Of a DNA stretch of 35,391 nt, positions 34,280 to 35,391 are shown piece by piece. Each line of letters begins with the position of its first letter. Position 1 is the first letter of the stretch. The notes beneath the pieces were generated by a model, which was given only the letters and a program-made list of their open reading frames with translations, was not told the DNA's origin and did no database searches. The DNA is from a virus (Duplodnaviria; Caudoviricetes), in IMG/VR virus record IMGVR_UViG_3300019781_000047, positions 1 to 35,391 of that record; one strand, written 5' to 3'. A program made the translations under genes and the position numbers.

Positions 34280-34345
34280 ATTTGGTTTTGAGTTTTCATC
34301 GGTTCTCTCGATGTGCCAGCAAGTGCTGACAACGTGTTTTCTACG

Positions 34346-34531
34346 TCACTTCCGCGCCGCTGTCAACGGGGAAGATTCGTCCGCCAATGCTTGTTTCCAC
34401 CGCTCGACTTCCTTCGCGGCAATCGTGATTTCGCTGAACTGCGCCGTGCCAGCGTTTAGGCGGGCAAGCCTTGTCATTGCGAGGCCAAGCATCATCTTGG
34501 CGTGACTCTCGCGTTTAGTTCGTGTTTTCAT
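34346..34531 (-). CDS. Hypothetical protein (61 aa)
   Basis: ATG 34531 after an A-rich leader; co-oriented with the operon. Confidence 0.5.
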   Translation of the reverse strand: MKTRTKRESHAKMMLGLAMTRLARLNAGTAQFSEITIAAKEVERWKQALADESSPLTAARK

Positions 34532-34646
34532 TTTTTGCAAGTTCGTCAAGTTGTTCAAGTCTTTCGAGTTGTTCGGGCGTCATCGGTTCCGTGCAATTCC
34601 AGAGGTTAATCAGGTGCGCGTGTTCTGCTTTTTCTTCGGGTGTCAT
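34515..34646 (-). CDS. Hypothetical 43-aa protein MTPEEKAEHAHLINLWNCTEPMTPEQLERLEQLDELAKNENTN
   Basis: Not in the ORF track. ATGA overlap with the PAPS-reductase-like gene; internal MTPE duplication. Confidence 0.5.
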   Translation of the reverse strand: MTPEEKAEHAHLINLWNCTEPMTPEQLERLEQLDELAKNENTN

Positions 34647-35389
34647 ACGCCGCATAAGCCCGTGCAATCGTTGCCGAAAAGTTCACCCTGTCCGCGCTCA
34701 ATGTCGGTAGATAGATCAACCTGATCGAGCGGGATGCAGGAGTTGTGAAGATATGGAATCCCGCGCCTTGTGTCGTCGTGTTCATGCGCGGCTTGTAGTT
34801 TGCGCTCAAATGCAATCGCGCCAGCAAACTCATCAGGTTCTTCGTCCTTTAGTCGCTTCCATTCTGCATCCGAGTGAAACGGGCAATAGACGCACGCGCT
34901 TCTAGGCGGCTTCGGATAGCCTTTTTTCTCCATCCAGCGCAAGCAGTCGTGCCGCTTCATCCCTAGATCAATCAAAGGCCAGCGATGCTCGCACCACTTA
35001 TCGCGGCTTGGCTTCATCCGATGCGCCTCATCCAGCGAAATGCCGATCCACTGAATCACGCCAAGAGTCTTTTGTCCGCGCTTGATTCCGGCAATCCGGC
35101 GACTCTCGCGCAATAGCATTGCCACCTTAAAATCAGCCGTGCATGACCTTCCTAGAATACCCCTGCTGCCGTCTTTCTTGTTCAGCGTGAACGCCGGGAT
35201 AATTGTCTGCACCCGTGTTCCTGATCGAGTTTTCCGGTTGTGGATTTTAAGACTAGCATCTGTCAAGCTGCCGCGAGTCACCCGAATCACGGGAAACGGC
35301 AACTGCTTTTCCAGCCAATCCAACCAGCGATAGACGCTTGCGGGTTCTGCCTGTGTATCAGCAAACACGGCAGCAGTCGGCATCGGCCT
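34643..35389 (-). CDS. PAPS reductase-family (PP-loop) protein, 5'-truncated
   Basis: FADT, RSCTADFK, WIGISLDE, RWPL, SACVYCPF and C-terminal CTGLCGV; frame open to the window edge. Confidence 0.85.
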   Translation of the reverse strand, partial: RPMPTAAVFADTQAEPASVYRWLDWLEKQLPFPVIRVTRGSLTDASLKIHNRKTRSGTRVQTIIPAFTLNKKDGSRGILGRSCTADFKVAMLLRESRRIAGIKRGQKTLGVIQWIGISLDEAHRMKPSRDKWCEHRWPLIDLGMKRHDCLRWMEKKGYPKPPRSACVYCPFHSDAEWKRLKDEEPDEFAGAIAFERKLQAAHEHDDTRRGIPYLHNSCIPLDQVDLSTDIERGQGELFGNDCTGLCGV

Positions 35390-35391
35390 TC

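Larger units (their letters stand above)
1..35391. mobile_element. Tailed dsDNA phage (podovirus-like) genome segment, truncated at both ends
   Basis: Gene order portal-scaffold-capsid-fibres-tail-ejection proteins-lysis on +, converging with helicase/primase/HNH/MTase on -. No host housekeeping genes and no tape-measure or sheath genes seen. Confidence 0.95.

Noticed and set aside
1-35391. CRISPR array, DGR, integrase/att site or alternative genetic code
   Set aside because: No regularly spaced repeats, no reverse transcriptase or TR/VR pair and no recombinase seen; genes tile densely under the standard code using all three stops.

Overview
This window is most of the genome of a tailed dsDNA phage with podovirus-like (P22/T7-type) architecture; both ends are truncated, and I see no TerL, integrase, tRNA or CRISPR array. 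The + strand (1-25231) is the virion module: portal, scaffold, major capsid, several Cys-tipped fibre/decoration proteins, tail nozzle and adaptor, a sulfotransferase-like and a catalytically degenerate citrate-synthase-like gene, and three Cys-free ejection proteins, the last a 2938-aa polyvalent protein. A lone reverse-strand TerS-like HTH gene follows, then a lysis cassette unusually headed by a stand-alone response-regulator receiver domain. The - strand (27509-35391) is an early/replication arm: PAPS-reductase-like protein, SF2 helicase, Toprim primase, HNH nuclease, DNA methyltransferase and a chain of small ATGA-coupled genes carrying shared DNA repeats. Most starts lack Shine-Dalgarno sequences and have A/C-rich leaders, which hints at a Verrucomicrobiota/PVC or Bacteroidota host (inference). 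The best candidates for new biology are the receiver-domain lysis cassette, the sulfotransferase plus pseudo-citrate-synthase pair upstream of the ejection genes, the Cys-rich shell versus Cys-free cargo split, a shared non-canonical late promoter with a structured capsid leader, and repeat-mediated shuffling of early genes. All functional calls come from motif recognition by eye; no database searches were run.
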